Shown here piece after piece: positions 1 to 11,937 of a stretch of DNA of 64,000 nucleotides. The first letter of the stretch is position 1. Every line of letters starts with the position of its first letter. The notes under the pieces were generated by a model. The model ran no database searches, had not been told where the DNA came from, and was given only the letters and a program-made list of their open reading frames with translations. Source of the stretch: Squalus acanthias (lineage: Eukaryota); NCBI GenBank assembly GCA_030390025.1, contig CM059439.1, positions 53,878,001 to 53,942,000 on the forward strand, written 5' to 3'. The position numbers and the translations under genes were made by a program.

Positions 1-569
1 CCTTTTTTTGTTGGTGACATTTTTGCACCACGCATTCTGAGAGAGAGAGAGAGAGAGAGAGAGAATTCTGGAGAGATTCAACGCTGTGTGAAGGAGTTTT
101 GGGTACTGAGCAGCACTTTGCAGGTTCATTTTGATTTGCCCTTCCATGCATCTATTTAGAAGAGACTGTGGGGGCTGCACTCTGAGCTCTTTCCCTGGTG
201 CTCTCCATTGTTCTTTCCAGCAGATTTGATGTACAGGTCTCTCCAGGCCGAGATTCAAGGCTGCAATGAGCAGGATGTGGATGGAGAGCAAGATCAACCC
301 TCTCCTTTAAGAACTGGCCGGCACCATTGTGTCTGTGTTCCATTGCTGAGTGACATCACATGAGCTTCGCCAGCGCTCTGAGGTAGCGCCTCGCTCCTCG
401 GCCTTTGTGCCTTAAGACAGGTGTGTAGCGCCTGATTTAGCGCTCCAATCACCTCCAGGGGCGATAAAAGCCAAGTTTGCAGTCGGAGGCGATAATTAGC
501 ACCAGGCGCTAAACTTTGTGCACAGCCGATAATTGCGCCCCAAACAGGGCGATACTGAATTTTTCCCCC
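1..569 (-). mobile_element. Harbinger internal-deletion derivative H0 (H1 family), runs off the window start
   Basis: The reverse complement from 569 begins GGGGGAAAAATTCAG and aligns with the H1 left end up to a Myb start (MESTRERA vs MERVRERA). Bases 1-150 align with the H1 region around its (CT)n tract (ctctcagaatgcgtggtgcaaaaatgtc vs ctctcagaacgagtggtgcataaatgtc). Confidence 0.85.
39..64. repeat. (GA)n microsatellite inside H0
   Basis: Direct reading; homologous to the (CT)n at 13204-13243 in H1. Confidence 0.95.
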
Positions 570-1927
570 TATATGCTTCAATCAAGTCACCTCTTATTCT
601 TCTAAACTCCAGCGGATACAAGCCTAGTCTGTCTAACCTTTCCTCATAAGACAACCCGCCCATTCCAGGTATTAGTCTAGTAAACCTTCTCTGAACTGCT
701 TCCAATGCATTTACATCCTTCCTTAAATAAGGAGACCAATACTGTACACAGCATTCCAGATGTGGTCTCACCAATGCCCTGTATAACTGAAGCATAACCT
801 CCCTACTTTTGTATTCAATTCCCCTCACAATAAACGATAACATTCTATTAGCTTTCCTAATTACTTGCTGTACCTGCATAGTAACCTTTTGTGATTCATG
901 CACTAGGACACCCAGATCCCTCTGCATCTCAGAGCTCTGCAATCTCTCACCATTTAGATAATATGTTTCTTTTTTATTCTTCCTGCCAAAATGGACAACT
1001 TCACATTTTCCCACATTATACTCCATTTGCTAGATCTTTGCCCACTCACTTAACTTATCTATATCCCTTTGTAGCCTCCTTATGTCCTCTTCACAATTTA
1101 CTTTCCTACCTATCTTTGTGTCATCAGCAAATTTAGCAACAATACCTTCGGTCCCTTCATCCAAGTCATTTATATAAATTGTAAAAAGTTGAGGCCCCAG
1201 CACTGATCCCTGTGGCACACCACTCGTTACATCTTGCCAATCAGAAAATGACCCATTTATGCCTACTCTCTGTTTCCTGTTAGCTAGCCAATCTTCTATC
1301 CATGCCAATATGTTACCCCCTACACCATGAGCTTTTATTTTCCGCAAAAGCCTTTGATGTGGCACCTTATCAAATGCCTTCTGGAAATCTAAGTACAGTA
1401 CATCCACCGGTTCCCCTTTATCCACAGCACATGTTACTTCCTCAAAGAACTCCAATAAATTGGTTAAACATGATTTCCCTTGCACAAAACCATGTTGACT
1501 CTGCCTGATTACTTTGAACTGTTCTAAATGCCCTGCTATAATGTCTTAATAATAGCTTCTAACATCTTCCCTATGACAGATGTTAAGCTAACTGGCCTGT
1601 AGTTTCCTGCTTTCTGTCTCCCTCCCTTTTTGAATAAAGGAGTTACATTCGCTATTTTCCAATCTAATGGAACCTTCCCCGAATCTAGGGAATTTTGGAA
1701 AATTAAAACCAACGCATCAACTATCTCACTAGCCACTTCTTTTAAGACCATAGGATGAAGTCCATCAGGACCCGGGGACTTGTCAGCCCGCAGTTCCAAC
1801 AATTTGCTCAGTACCACTTCCCTGGTGATTATAATTTTCTTGAGTTCCTCCCTCCCTTCCATTTCCTGATTTACAGCTATTTCTGGGATGTTACTTGTAT
1901 CCTCTATAGTGAAGACCGATGCAAAAA
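570..1927 (-). mobile_element. CR1 LINE ORF2 (RT) fragment, interrupted at 570 by H0
   Basis: ORFs with [44 protein letters not shown] and LVRPHLE; stops and frameshifts present. Confidence 0.95.
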
Positions 1928-1929
1928 AC

Positions 1930-2159
1930 GAAGCGAGTTGTTAGGATCTGAAATGCACTGCCTGAAAGGGTGGTGCAGGCAGACTCAATCGTGGCTTTCA
2001 AAAGGGAATTAGATAAGTACCTGAAGGAAAAAAATTTGCAGGGCTACGGGGAAAGGGCGGGGGAGTGGGACTAGCTGAAGTGCTCTTGCAGAGAGCCGAC
2101 ACAGGTTCAACGGGCTGAATGGCCTCCTTCTGTGCTGTAACCATTCTATGATTCTATGA
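1930..2159 (+). mobile_element. CR1 3' end fragment
   Basis: ggctgaatggcctccttctgtgctgtaa followed by the (ATTCTATG)2 tail. Confidence 0.85.
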
Positions 2160-3009
2160 ATGTAGCACACTATCGGAAAGACAGCACATGGTTTGTAAAA
2201 GGAAAATTCTTGCACCAAGCTCATTTCAATACAGCGTTGTAAATTTTGTTGGTTATGGGCTGGAGAGGAATAATTCAAACTTAAACAATGTTGTGAGATC
2301 GATGCAGTCTGTATATGAATTGCCAGTTACGTTTTAAATTTGATTGGTGGGTTATTCAAAATCCAGGAATTCCAGTTAATTCTTTTCTGGGATATAAATA
2401 TTGCTGTTCTATTCCAAGCAAAGAGCCAGGTTAAAATTTCAGAAGAACCAATCAGTTTGACACTCTTAAAAGAGAGAAAAATCAGTTTGAATTTTCAAGA
2501 AACAATTTAGATTAATTAGATCCCCTATAGTGGGACAAAAACCACTAGCCTAAATTTCTGTGACTTTTTGGAGTAATTTCAGCACAAAATTGGGGCAATT
2601 ACCTTTTTATTTAGAAGCAAAATAGGACTGAAGTTGTTTACACCAGTTTTCCACACTGGGGATGTTCCCTCCTGTGGCCTGCCAGTCAAGGCATTTTGCA
2701 CCATTTTCTTCTACAACAAGATTCAGTAAATTAGGTGAAGGCTAGCAGTTAAGAGTGTGCACCTAGTGACACAGGAGAGTTGAAGTAGGAGATATGGTGG
2801 TATTAAAGTGGAGCAGGAGCGTGAGGGAACTGCATGCATGTAATTGCTACGAGGGGAGATAGGGAGCCATATTGTGAGATCTCAAGTTAGTGATCCCTTT
2901 AATCAGAGTGCATTATGATAAGTTAGTTGTCGCGCTGTAATTTTTAAGAGGATAGAGAGCATGGTGCTGCCAATGTTGCGTGAGGAAGAAAAGGGGCAGT
3001 GAAAGGTGT

Positions 3010-3260
3010 GTTACCTTGGCTGCCCTGTTCAGGTCATTGAACTTTCACCAGTACTAGTCTGCAATCTTGGGGGTGAGAGAGTTGGTACAGTGCCAATGTC
3101 ATCTCTTTCCACAATTAACCTTTTTGGTAGTTTTCCTGGATCCCAGCACGCTGTTCGTCCTCTGCTTTATTTCATAGAGGAGGGTTTTCCGATCGGATTC
3201 TGTGAAATTATGGCATTTTTTTCTTTGCCTCAATGCCATGTCCTTGTTCATTTGCCTCTG
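3010..3260 (-). pseudogene. Decayed Harbinger Myb/SANT exon 1
   Basis: Manual translation gives HNFTESDRKTLLYEIKQR...KFNDLNRAAK followed by a GTAAC donor, at the same position as the H1 exon 1 end (KFNDLTRVVR|gt). Confidence 0.6.
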
Positions 3261-3566
3261 CTAGGTTAGACATTCTTGTAAAGCAACACAAAAACAGTCC
3301 TGAGACATGCAGTCAAGCTACCAGTCAACTGACTGAGCCAGCCATTGTTCCTTACTTGTCTTCTGTTCCGCCAGCCTGCTGCTGCAATCTTCAGACAAAA
3401 AGGTATTTTTAAAGACTGCACTCTAATTTCGAAGCACCACTGCAGATTACTCCCATTTTACACAGGTTTTACGCCAATCACTACTCCAATGGATATAAAA
3501 GTGAGCTGTCCCAGGAAATCCTTTTGTAAATACCTATCCAGACCATTGGTGGACACAACTTATTTT

Positions 3567-5105
3567 CATAGAATCATAGAAAGTTACAGCACGGAAGGAG
3601 GCCATTTCGGCCCATCGTGTCCACGCCGGCCAACACAGAGCTGTCCAGCCTAATCCCACTTCCCAGCTCTTGGTCCGTAGCCCTGCAGGTTAGAGCATCC
3701 CAAGTGCACATCCAAGTACTTTTTAAATGTGGTTAGGATTTCTGCCTCTACCACCCTTTCAGGCAGTGAGTTCCAGACCCCCACAACCCTCTGGGTGAAG
3801 AAATTTCCCCTCAAATCCCCTCTAAACCTTCCACCAATTACTTTAACTCTGTGCCTCCTGGTTTTTGACCCCTCTGATAAGGGAAATAGGTCCTTTCTAT
3901 CCACTTTATCTAGGCCACTCAATTTTATATACCTCAATAAGGTCTCCCCTCAGCCTCCTCTGTTCCAAGGAAAACAAACCCAGCCTATCCAGTCTTTCCT
4001 CATAGCTAAGATTCTCTACTCCCGGCAACATCCTTGTAAATCTCCTCTGTACCCTCTCTAGTGCAATCACATCTTTCCTGTAATGTGGTGACCAGAACTG
4101 CACACAGTACTCTAGCTGAGGCCTAACTAGTGTTTTATACAGTTAAAGCATACCCCCCGCTCTTGTATTCTATGCCACAGCTAATAAAGGCAAGCATTCC
4201 GCATGCCTTCTTAACCACCTTATCTACCTGGCCTGCTACCTTCAGGGATCTGTGGACATGCACTCCAAGGTCCCTTTATTCCTCTACACTACTCAGTGTC
4301 CTACCATTTAATGTGTATTCCCTTTCCTTGTTAGCCCTCCCCAAATGCATTACCTCACACTTCTCCGGATTGAATTCCATTTGCCACTGTTCTGCCCACC
4401 TGACCAATTTATTGATATCTTCCTGCAGCCTACAGCTTCCTTCTTCAGTATCAACCACACAGCCGATTTTAGTATCATCTGCAAACTTCTTAATCATACC
4501 CGCTATATTCAAGTTTAGGTCATTGATATATACCACAAAAAGCAAGGGACCTAGTACTGAGCCCTGTGGAAACAGCCTTCCAGTCACAAAAACACCCATC
4601 AACCATTACCCTCTGCTTCCTGCCTCCGAGCCAGTTTTGAATCCAACTTGACACTTTGCCCTGGATCCCATGGGCTTTTAACTTCGTGACCAGTCTGCCA
4701 TGTGGAACCTTATCAAAAGCCTTGCTAAAGTCCATATACACTACATCAAACGCACTACCCTCATCTACCCTCCTTGTTACCTCCTCAAAAAAGTCAATCA
4801 AGTTGTCAGACACGACCTTCCCTTAACAAATCCATGCCGACTATCCTTGATTAATCCATGTCTTTCTAAATGAAGATTTATCCTGTCCTTCAGAATTCTT
4901 TCCAATAATTTTCCCACCACCGAGGTTAGGCTGACTGGCCTGTAATTACTCGGTCTATCCTTTTCTCCCTTTTTAAACAAGGGTACCACATTAGCAGTCC
5001 TCCAGTCCTCCGGCACCACACCTGAAGCCAGAGAGGATTGGAAAATGATGGTCAGGGCCTCTGCTATTTCCTCTTTTGCTTCGCTTAACAGCCTGGGATA
5101 CATTT
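3567..5105 (-). mobile_element. CR1 LINE, 5'-truncated
   Basis: RT motifs [25 protein letters not shown] and FFTQRVV; 3' tail catagaatcataga at 3568. Confidence 0.95.
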
Positions 5106-6329
5106 TCCATTGGCATAAAAGCAGTGCAACGCACGGTGTGGGATTTCTAGGTCACTATTATTTAAAAGTTATTTACAAAGGATTAACTTAGTTGTTAGAG
5201 TTGCAAGCTTTTGATTATTTTGTTCACTCAAGGAGTTAGGAAGGAGGATGTCTACTGGAAATATAAAACTATATTGTATGATTTACTTATGTGCTTGTTC
5301 ATCTTTTACAAAATAAATTCACTTGATATTTTAAACTTAAAAACAATGTCTGATGTGAAGCTTGACTGCATTTGAAGATCTTATGGATGTCTAGGAGAAA
5401 TCCTGTAGCTAAAAGCAATTATGAGATAGAAATTACAGTTTGTTTCCTTGCAACATTACCAAAAGCTTAACTAGATCTCAAAGCAAAGATGCACTATTGA
5501 AGGTAGGGGAGTTGGGATTTACCCATGAGAATGATCTAAGATATGAGAGTCGAAATAGTCCAGAGTAAGAAAAAAATCCAATCACACAACATTCTTTCAA
5601 AGATTTTCACAAATTATATACAAGTTTGGTGGGGGGGAGGGGGTGGTGGGAGTGATTTTCCTCTGCTTTGAGTCCCAGCAATTGTTTAAACACACTTCAT
5701 GAGTTTTCCTGAATGAGGGCAGAGTGCTTTCATCTGAGTAGAAGTACTTAAATGCCATGCTAATTAGGTCTGGCATGATGTCAACATATATCCCATCCCA
5801 TGTTCCTTGGCTTCTGCCTGGCAGAGTCCCAAAGAACAGAAGGCTGACTGAAAGGTGTGCCCAGCCCCCTCAAATTGGAGGCTCTGAGAAGGGTTGCTAG
5901 TAACCTCCTCACACACCCCATTATGTAATTTTTTCCCAGAACCATCAGGAGGGTTATCGGGGCTGCAGGTTTGTTTTTGGACAGCGGCAAGAGGCTCTCA
6001 AGCCAGTGGCCATTACTACTGCTGCAGAGATGCACTTTCCTCCCCCTTTTTAGGGTGTAAGCCCCTTCTAAAGGGTATTCCTGCACTGGAGTAATGTTGT
6101 AGTAATGATAATAACCTAAGCCTGTAAATGGGACCTGTCGACTGAGGTCCCTTCAAGCAGCGCACACGTTGGATGTGCTCAGTGATGAAGGGGTAAAAAT
6201 TCAGCTCCTATGTGCCATTAGACATGTCTATTGATTCATTGGCTAGAAACCTTTTATATGTATATACATCAATCTTTAACATTATTAACAATTTTTTGTG
6301 GGATCAAGTTCCATTGAGTACAAAATCTA

Positions 6330-6850
6330 AGATGACATTTCAATGTAGTTCAGAGGGAGTGTTACACTGTTGGATTTGCTGTTTTTTGGATGAGGCATTA
6401 AATTGAAGCCCTGTCTGTCTGTTCCAGTATATGTGAAAGGCCCCATGGCACTATTTGAAGGAGTTCTCCCAGTTTCCAGGTCAATTGAAAATTTCAAAAC
6501 TGAGATTAATAGATTTTTGTTAGGCAAGGGTATTAAAGGTTACGGAACTAAGATGTGTAGATGGAGTTAAGATACAGAACAGCCATGATCTAACTGAATG
6601 GTGGAACAGAACTGAGGGGCTGAAAGGCCTACTCCTGTTCCTATGTAATATTCCTGCCTCAAACAGAATAACCAAAAACAGAATAAAAGATCATCCATCT
6701 TAGTTGCTCTTTGCAGGACCTTACTGTGTCCAAAATGAATGCTCTGTTTGCATACGTAACAGTAAGCACACTTCAATAAGCAATTAATTGGCTGTGAAAT
6801 ACTTTAGGATGTCCGGATGCGATAAGCCATTATATAAATCTTTCTTTTCA
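6330..6850 (+). mobile_element. DeuSINE (SacSINE1-like) split by a CR1 3' fragment (~6470-6650)
   Basis: Matches the copy at 61983 on both sides of an inserted gatacagaacagccatgatc...cctactcctgttcctatg segment. Confidence 0.7.
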
Positions 6851-6874
6851 AATGCGAAATTCATAATAGTTTTT

Positions 6875-7940
6875 ACATAGGATTACATATACGGCACAGA
6901 AACAGGCCATTCGGCCCAACCAGTCCATGCCGGCATTTATGCTCCGCATGAGTCTCCTCCTGTCTTTCCTCATCTAAATCTATCAGCATTACCCTCTATT
7001 CCCTTCTCCCTCTTATGCTTGTCTAGCCTCCCCTTAAATGCATCTATACTACTTACTTCAATCACTCCCTGTGGTAGTGAGTTCCACATTCTCACCACTC
7101 TTTGGGTAAAGATGTTTCTTCTGAATTCCCTATTGGATTTCTAGGTGACTATATTGATGGCCTCCAGTTACTCTCTTCCCCACAAGTGGAAACATTCTCT
7201 CTGTATCCACTCTATCAAAATTTTTCATAATTTTAAAGACCTTAATATTAGGTCACCCCTCAGCCTTCTTTTTTCAAGAGAAAAGAGACACAGCCTATTC
7301 ATCCTTTCCTGATATGTATACCCTCGCATTTCTGGTATCATCCTTGTAAATCTTCTCTGGACCTTCTCGAGTGCCTCTATATCTTTTTTATAATATGGCG
7401 ACCAGAACTGTACGCAGTACTCTGTGAGGTCTAACCAAGGTTCGATACAGGTTCAGCATAACTTCCCTACTTTTCAATTCTATCCTCTAGAAATAAACCC
7501 TAGTGCTTGGTTTGCTTTTTAATGGTCTTGCTAACCTGCGTCACAACTTTTAGTGATTTGTGTATTTGTACTCCTACATCCCTTTGTTCCTCTACCCCAC
7601 CTAGACTCGCACCCTCCAAGTGATAAGTGACCTCCCTATTCTTCCCACCAAAATGTAGAACCTCACATTTATCTGTGTTGAACTTCATTTGCCAATTATA
7701 TGCCCATTCTGCAAGTTTATTAATGTCTTCCTGTAACTTGTTGCAGTCCTCCTCAGTATTGACTATCCCCCCAATTTGGTGTCATCTGCAAATTTAGAAA
7801 TTGTGTTTTTGATTCCTAAGTCTAAATCGTTAATGTAAATTGTGAACAACAGTGGTCCCAGCACTGATCCTTGTGGAACACCACTACCCACCTTCTGCCA
7901 CTGTGAATAGCTACCCTTTACTCCCACTCTCTGCTTTCTG
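6875..7940 (-). mobile_element. CR1 LINE, 5'-truncated and decayed
   Basis: MKFNTDKCEVLHFG; reverse strand encodes [10 protein letters not shown] (7850-7885); CR1-type 3' end near 6880. Confidence 0.9.
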
Positions 7941-8009
7941 TCAAATTTATATTGAACATCTGATTACAAAGACAGAAATTGTTGATAATTTATCTGAAAT
8001 GTTAATTTA

Positions 8010-8085
8010 TTTTTCTCTTTCAGATGCTGACTGATCAGTGTTTTATCCAGCATTTTCTGTTTTAATTTCAGAATTGCAGCATTCA
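8010..8085 (+). mobile_element. Penelope-like 3' tail fragment
   Basis: cagatgctgactga...ccagcattttctgtttt resembles the reverse complement of 50861-50920. Confidence 0.5.
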
Positions 8086-9874
8086 TATTTTTTTCCCTTC
8101 ATCTAATTTCAAATATCTCTTTCTGGAACAGCAAATGAGTGCAACCAACATGGTCTTTCCACAAAGCAAATATATCAAACCAAATATTAGTTCAGAGGAT
8201 TTTACTTGTATTGTATTAATGAAGGATGAGAATCCAACTATGCAAATCTAAATCATACTATTAGTAAAGTGTAAATCAATGCTCAAGATAATAAGCGGGA
8301 TTTCCTCGATCTGACTTACACCAATCTTGCCGACAGCAACTTACACCAAAATTTCTCGAGAACGTATAGTCGAATATAAAAACTGGAGTAAATCCAGCGG
8401 AAACAACTGAGGCCCAAGGAAAGAGCGGAACATATGCCATCTATCTTCTTTACGTCCCTCTTGTTAAGAAAATTAAAGTTTGAATCCATCAAGCCATTAT
8501 ATATGCACATTAAGCACGGCATTTTAAAGAGAATGCAATATGTAAGCTTTTCTCTCCTTAATGCAACAGTTTATGATGCCATTAAAAAATTTTAAAGATA
8601 CAGAAAATACAGTAAGGAGTCTCAGTAAGGAGCAATAAAAATAAAATCGCTGAAAAAAAGTCACTACAAAACACTAGAAATAGTGAATTCGGGTGTCTAA
8701 AATGTTGTGCGTAAATTTACGGGCGTTCAAAGCTGGCATAAACAGGAAAGTGATATTCTCTGGTCTTTTTTATGGGAGTGGAATATGTTAATGAACTGTG
8801 GAATTTTGGTAAATGCAACTCAGGAGCGGTGCAAATGATTGAGGAAAATCGCACGTAGCTACATTTCGGTGTAAATTGGTTACACGTGAATTTCCTCAGA
8901 ACAGAAACAGTGCAATGTCACATTACACCGTGGTTATGGCAAAACTTTCCGGGCCATTGGCTGCTTCCTTGAACAGCAAATGCATGCAGTTTAGCTGCCA
9001 GGTGTCTTGAATTAACAAATCAGAAAAAAGAGGCAGAAGCAGAAGATCCTTGATGGTTTTAAATTCTCCCCAAATTATCATATAAATGCTTAGCAATACT
9101 GCTAAAGTGGAAAACTTTACAACCCAAGGGATGCAGTAGAGAAATATTTTATATAATTCTAGCGGATCTCCTGTGTCAGTACCCACAGTTAGTTGGAGGA
9201 TCCATTCTTACAAGAACATCTCTCTTTCAATCAGGCGCAGAACTTAACCAGCTATAGCTAAAGCAAATACTTTTAATTGGGCAGATAGGCAGCTTCATCA
9301 AGGATAGTCCATCGCTGCCAGCTGTAATATCAATACCAGAAAAAGTCACATATAATACAAAAATCATTTATATGACATATATTATATAAATTAAACTATA
9401 TGAACCAGGATACAGATTCCTGTTTAAACCATCAATTTGTCCACGGTTTACATATTAATATTTAATTGTACAATTCCTTCTATGCTTCCTCCATGGTTAA
9501 AAGTATAAAATACATTGGGGTAGAAATTAGGTCGCGCCCCATTTGGGGCGCAAATATCGTCCGAGCGCAAATATTAGCGCCTGGCGCTAATTATCGGCAC
9601 TGACAGGAAACTTCACTTTTACCGCCCCGGGAGGTGAGTGGAGCGCTAAATTAGGCGCTGCACACCTCTCTTAAGGCGCAAAGGCCTAGGAGTGAGGCGC
9701 TACCTCAGCGCACGAGCGCAGCGCAGCTGCTGCCAGTTAGCGAGGGAACACAGACACAATGGCGCCGGACACTTCTTAAAGCGGGGGGGGGCCACTTGCT
9801 CCCCAGCCACACCCTGCTCATTGCAGCCTTGAATCTCAGCCTGGAGAGACCTGTAATCCATTTTGCTGCCAAGC

Positions 9875-11643
9875 ATGGAGAGGGTGAGAGAACGCGCTCA
9901 TCGCTTCACCGAGCGGGCCTTGGATGCTCTGGTTGGCGCAGTGGAGCGCAGACGATGCATGCTGTTCCCGGAGAATGGCAGGAGGCCTTTGCCACGCGAG
10001 TTCAGAAGAGTGTGGAGGGAGGTGGCTCAGAGCGTCTCCTCCAGGAGCATGGTGCCCAGGACCCATGTTCAGTGCCGCAAAAAATTCAACGACCTCACTC
10101 GGGTCGTCAGGGTGAGTGGCTTTTTCTCAATACCTCTCCATCCCTCCATCTCAACCTCACTATATGGCCAGAGGGTCTTAAAACCCCAATGCACAACACT
10201 CATGCAACACCTATGGCCCTTTCATCAAACACACACACACATTCCACACTTTGCATACAGTAAGGGCTATTCACCTATGGGAGGCACATGAGGCAAGACC
10301 ATGGCTGCATATTTACTCAGATGCTGTCCTTTTTCTTGCAGGCTAAGCTGGCTCATAATCGGAGACAGCAGCAACGGACGGGTGGAGGGCGGCTTCAGCT
10401 GCAACCCCTCAGCGATCTGGAGGAGCGCGTCCACAGGATTGTGGCAAGCCGGGTGATCGGTCCTGTCGCCACTGGGGACGCCGACCCCGTTGTGGACAGC
10501 AATGGTAAGGTCATCACCTTTTTGTCCTCTGTCCTTCCACTTGTCCCTCACAATACCAGCCTTTGACACTTTCAATCCAACTTGCTAACTTGCTGCACTT
10601 ATTCCTCCCTTACTGCCACCCTGTCCTCACGCTAAAGCCACTCTTGTACCTCCCTGCTTTCAGATGGTGATTCACCAGCTGAGGAGATGGTCCCTGAAGC
10701 TGCCACTGGGAGTGATGCTGCAGCTGAGGAGGAAGAGGAAGCCGGAGCATCAGTGCCACCCTCTCCCGAGGAAGCCCATGGCCACACTGGGAACACGCCT
10801 TCCCCGGAGGGGAGCAGGGGGGAAGGGGCTGATGATGGTGAAGCTCCAGGACCCAGCGGGCTGCAGCAACGCCATGCGGGGGGGAGGGAAGAACGGGAGC
10901 CTTCTCCCCAGAGGGAGAGTATGCCAGACACTCCTACTGCAATGGACGCAGAGGAGGAGCGGCTGATTGCAGAAATGAACAGCCAGGCGGTGGGCATGCA
11001 CACTGAGCTCATGGGTGCAGTGGGAAGGGTGCCCGAATGCATTGAGGCACTGGCAAGGAGTGTGGAGCACTTCGCTGTAGCACAGGTGGATGCCACACTA
11101 AAGCTTAGTGCTGCAATTCAGTCACTGGCTGCCAGGAACCCATCTGAGACTGCTCTCATGCAGACTCAGATTGAGGCCACGCGAGCACTGACAGCTGCCA
11201 TCCTCGATGGTTCGTGCACATGTCCCCGGGGCTGTCACCGCGCCGCAGCAGGCCAGCAATCTGTTCTCCGGCAAATTGCTCCGGATGCTGAAGTGCTGCC
11301 CCGTGGGAGTGCCAGTGTGTCAGGCGAGCAGGGAGTTGCTGTCCTCTCTCACGATGACAGCATTCCTGCTGCCAACACTGTCACTTCTCCACTGCACTTG
11401 CCACCGCCTGTAGGACAGACTGCTGCCGCCCATGCAGAGTTGGTGCAGTCTGCAGCCGGGCCCTCCAGGCCCAGAAGTGGTCGAGGCCGTCCTTCAGGGG
11501 CATCTGCAGTGTCAGGGTCTGACGAGCAGCAGCCTTCCACCAGCCTTGCTGCAGCCACTGAGGTCCCATTACGGAGGAGCAGTAGGGTTAGAAGGGGGGA
11601 AGTGCGCAAGGGAAGGAGATCACCCTCGAAGGGCAAAATGTAG
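9875..11643 (+). CDS. Harbinger Myb/SANT-like (trihelix) DNA-binding protein; exons 9875-10111, 10342-10504, 10664-11643; 459 aa
   Basis: RAHRFTERALDALV...W..VAQSV...RTHVQCRKKFNDL motif; GT-AG introns (gtgagt..ttgcag, gtaagg..tttcag) join in frame to 1380 nt with no internal stop; AATAAA at 11821. Confidence 0.88.
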
Positions 11644-11937
11644 GAGGTGTGCCAAAATGCTGGTCATTTTTTTATTAAAGGCCGAGGTTCATGGCCCAAC
11701 TTTTGTTTAGTGTTTTGGACATTATCTCCAGGTTGTGAGAACCAGTTATGTTATTGACTGTTTTTTTGTGTTTATTTCTATGAGTTTGTCATGAGGAATT
11801 GACACACACAGAGTTTGTACAATAAATAAGTTTCTGTATTCAAAATATACATGGCTGGTGGTTGGAATTATTGGTGCCTTGGCCGGCTTAGGGGTTGCGT
11901 GCTGGGTTGATTCGTGTTTGTAGCAATGGCAGGGGCC

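Noticed and set aside
570-2159. Twin-priming 5' inversion of a single CR1
   Set aside because: The back-to-back geometry fits, but the far end of the minus copy lies outside the window and no shared TSD can be shown
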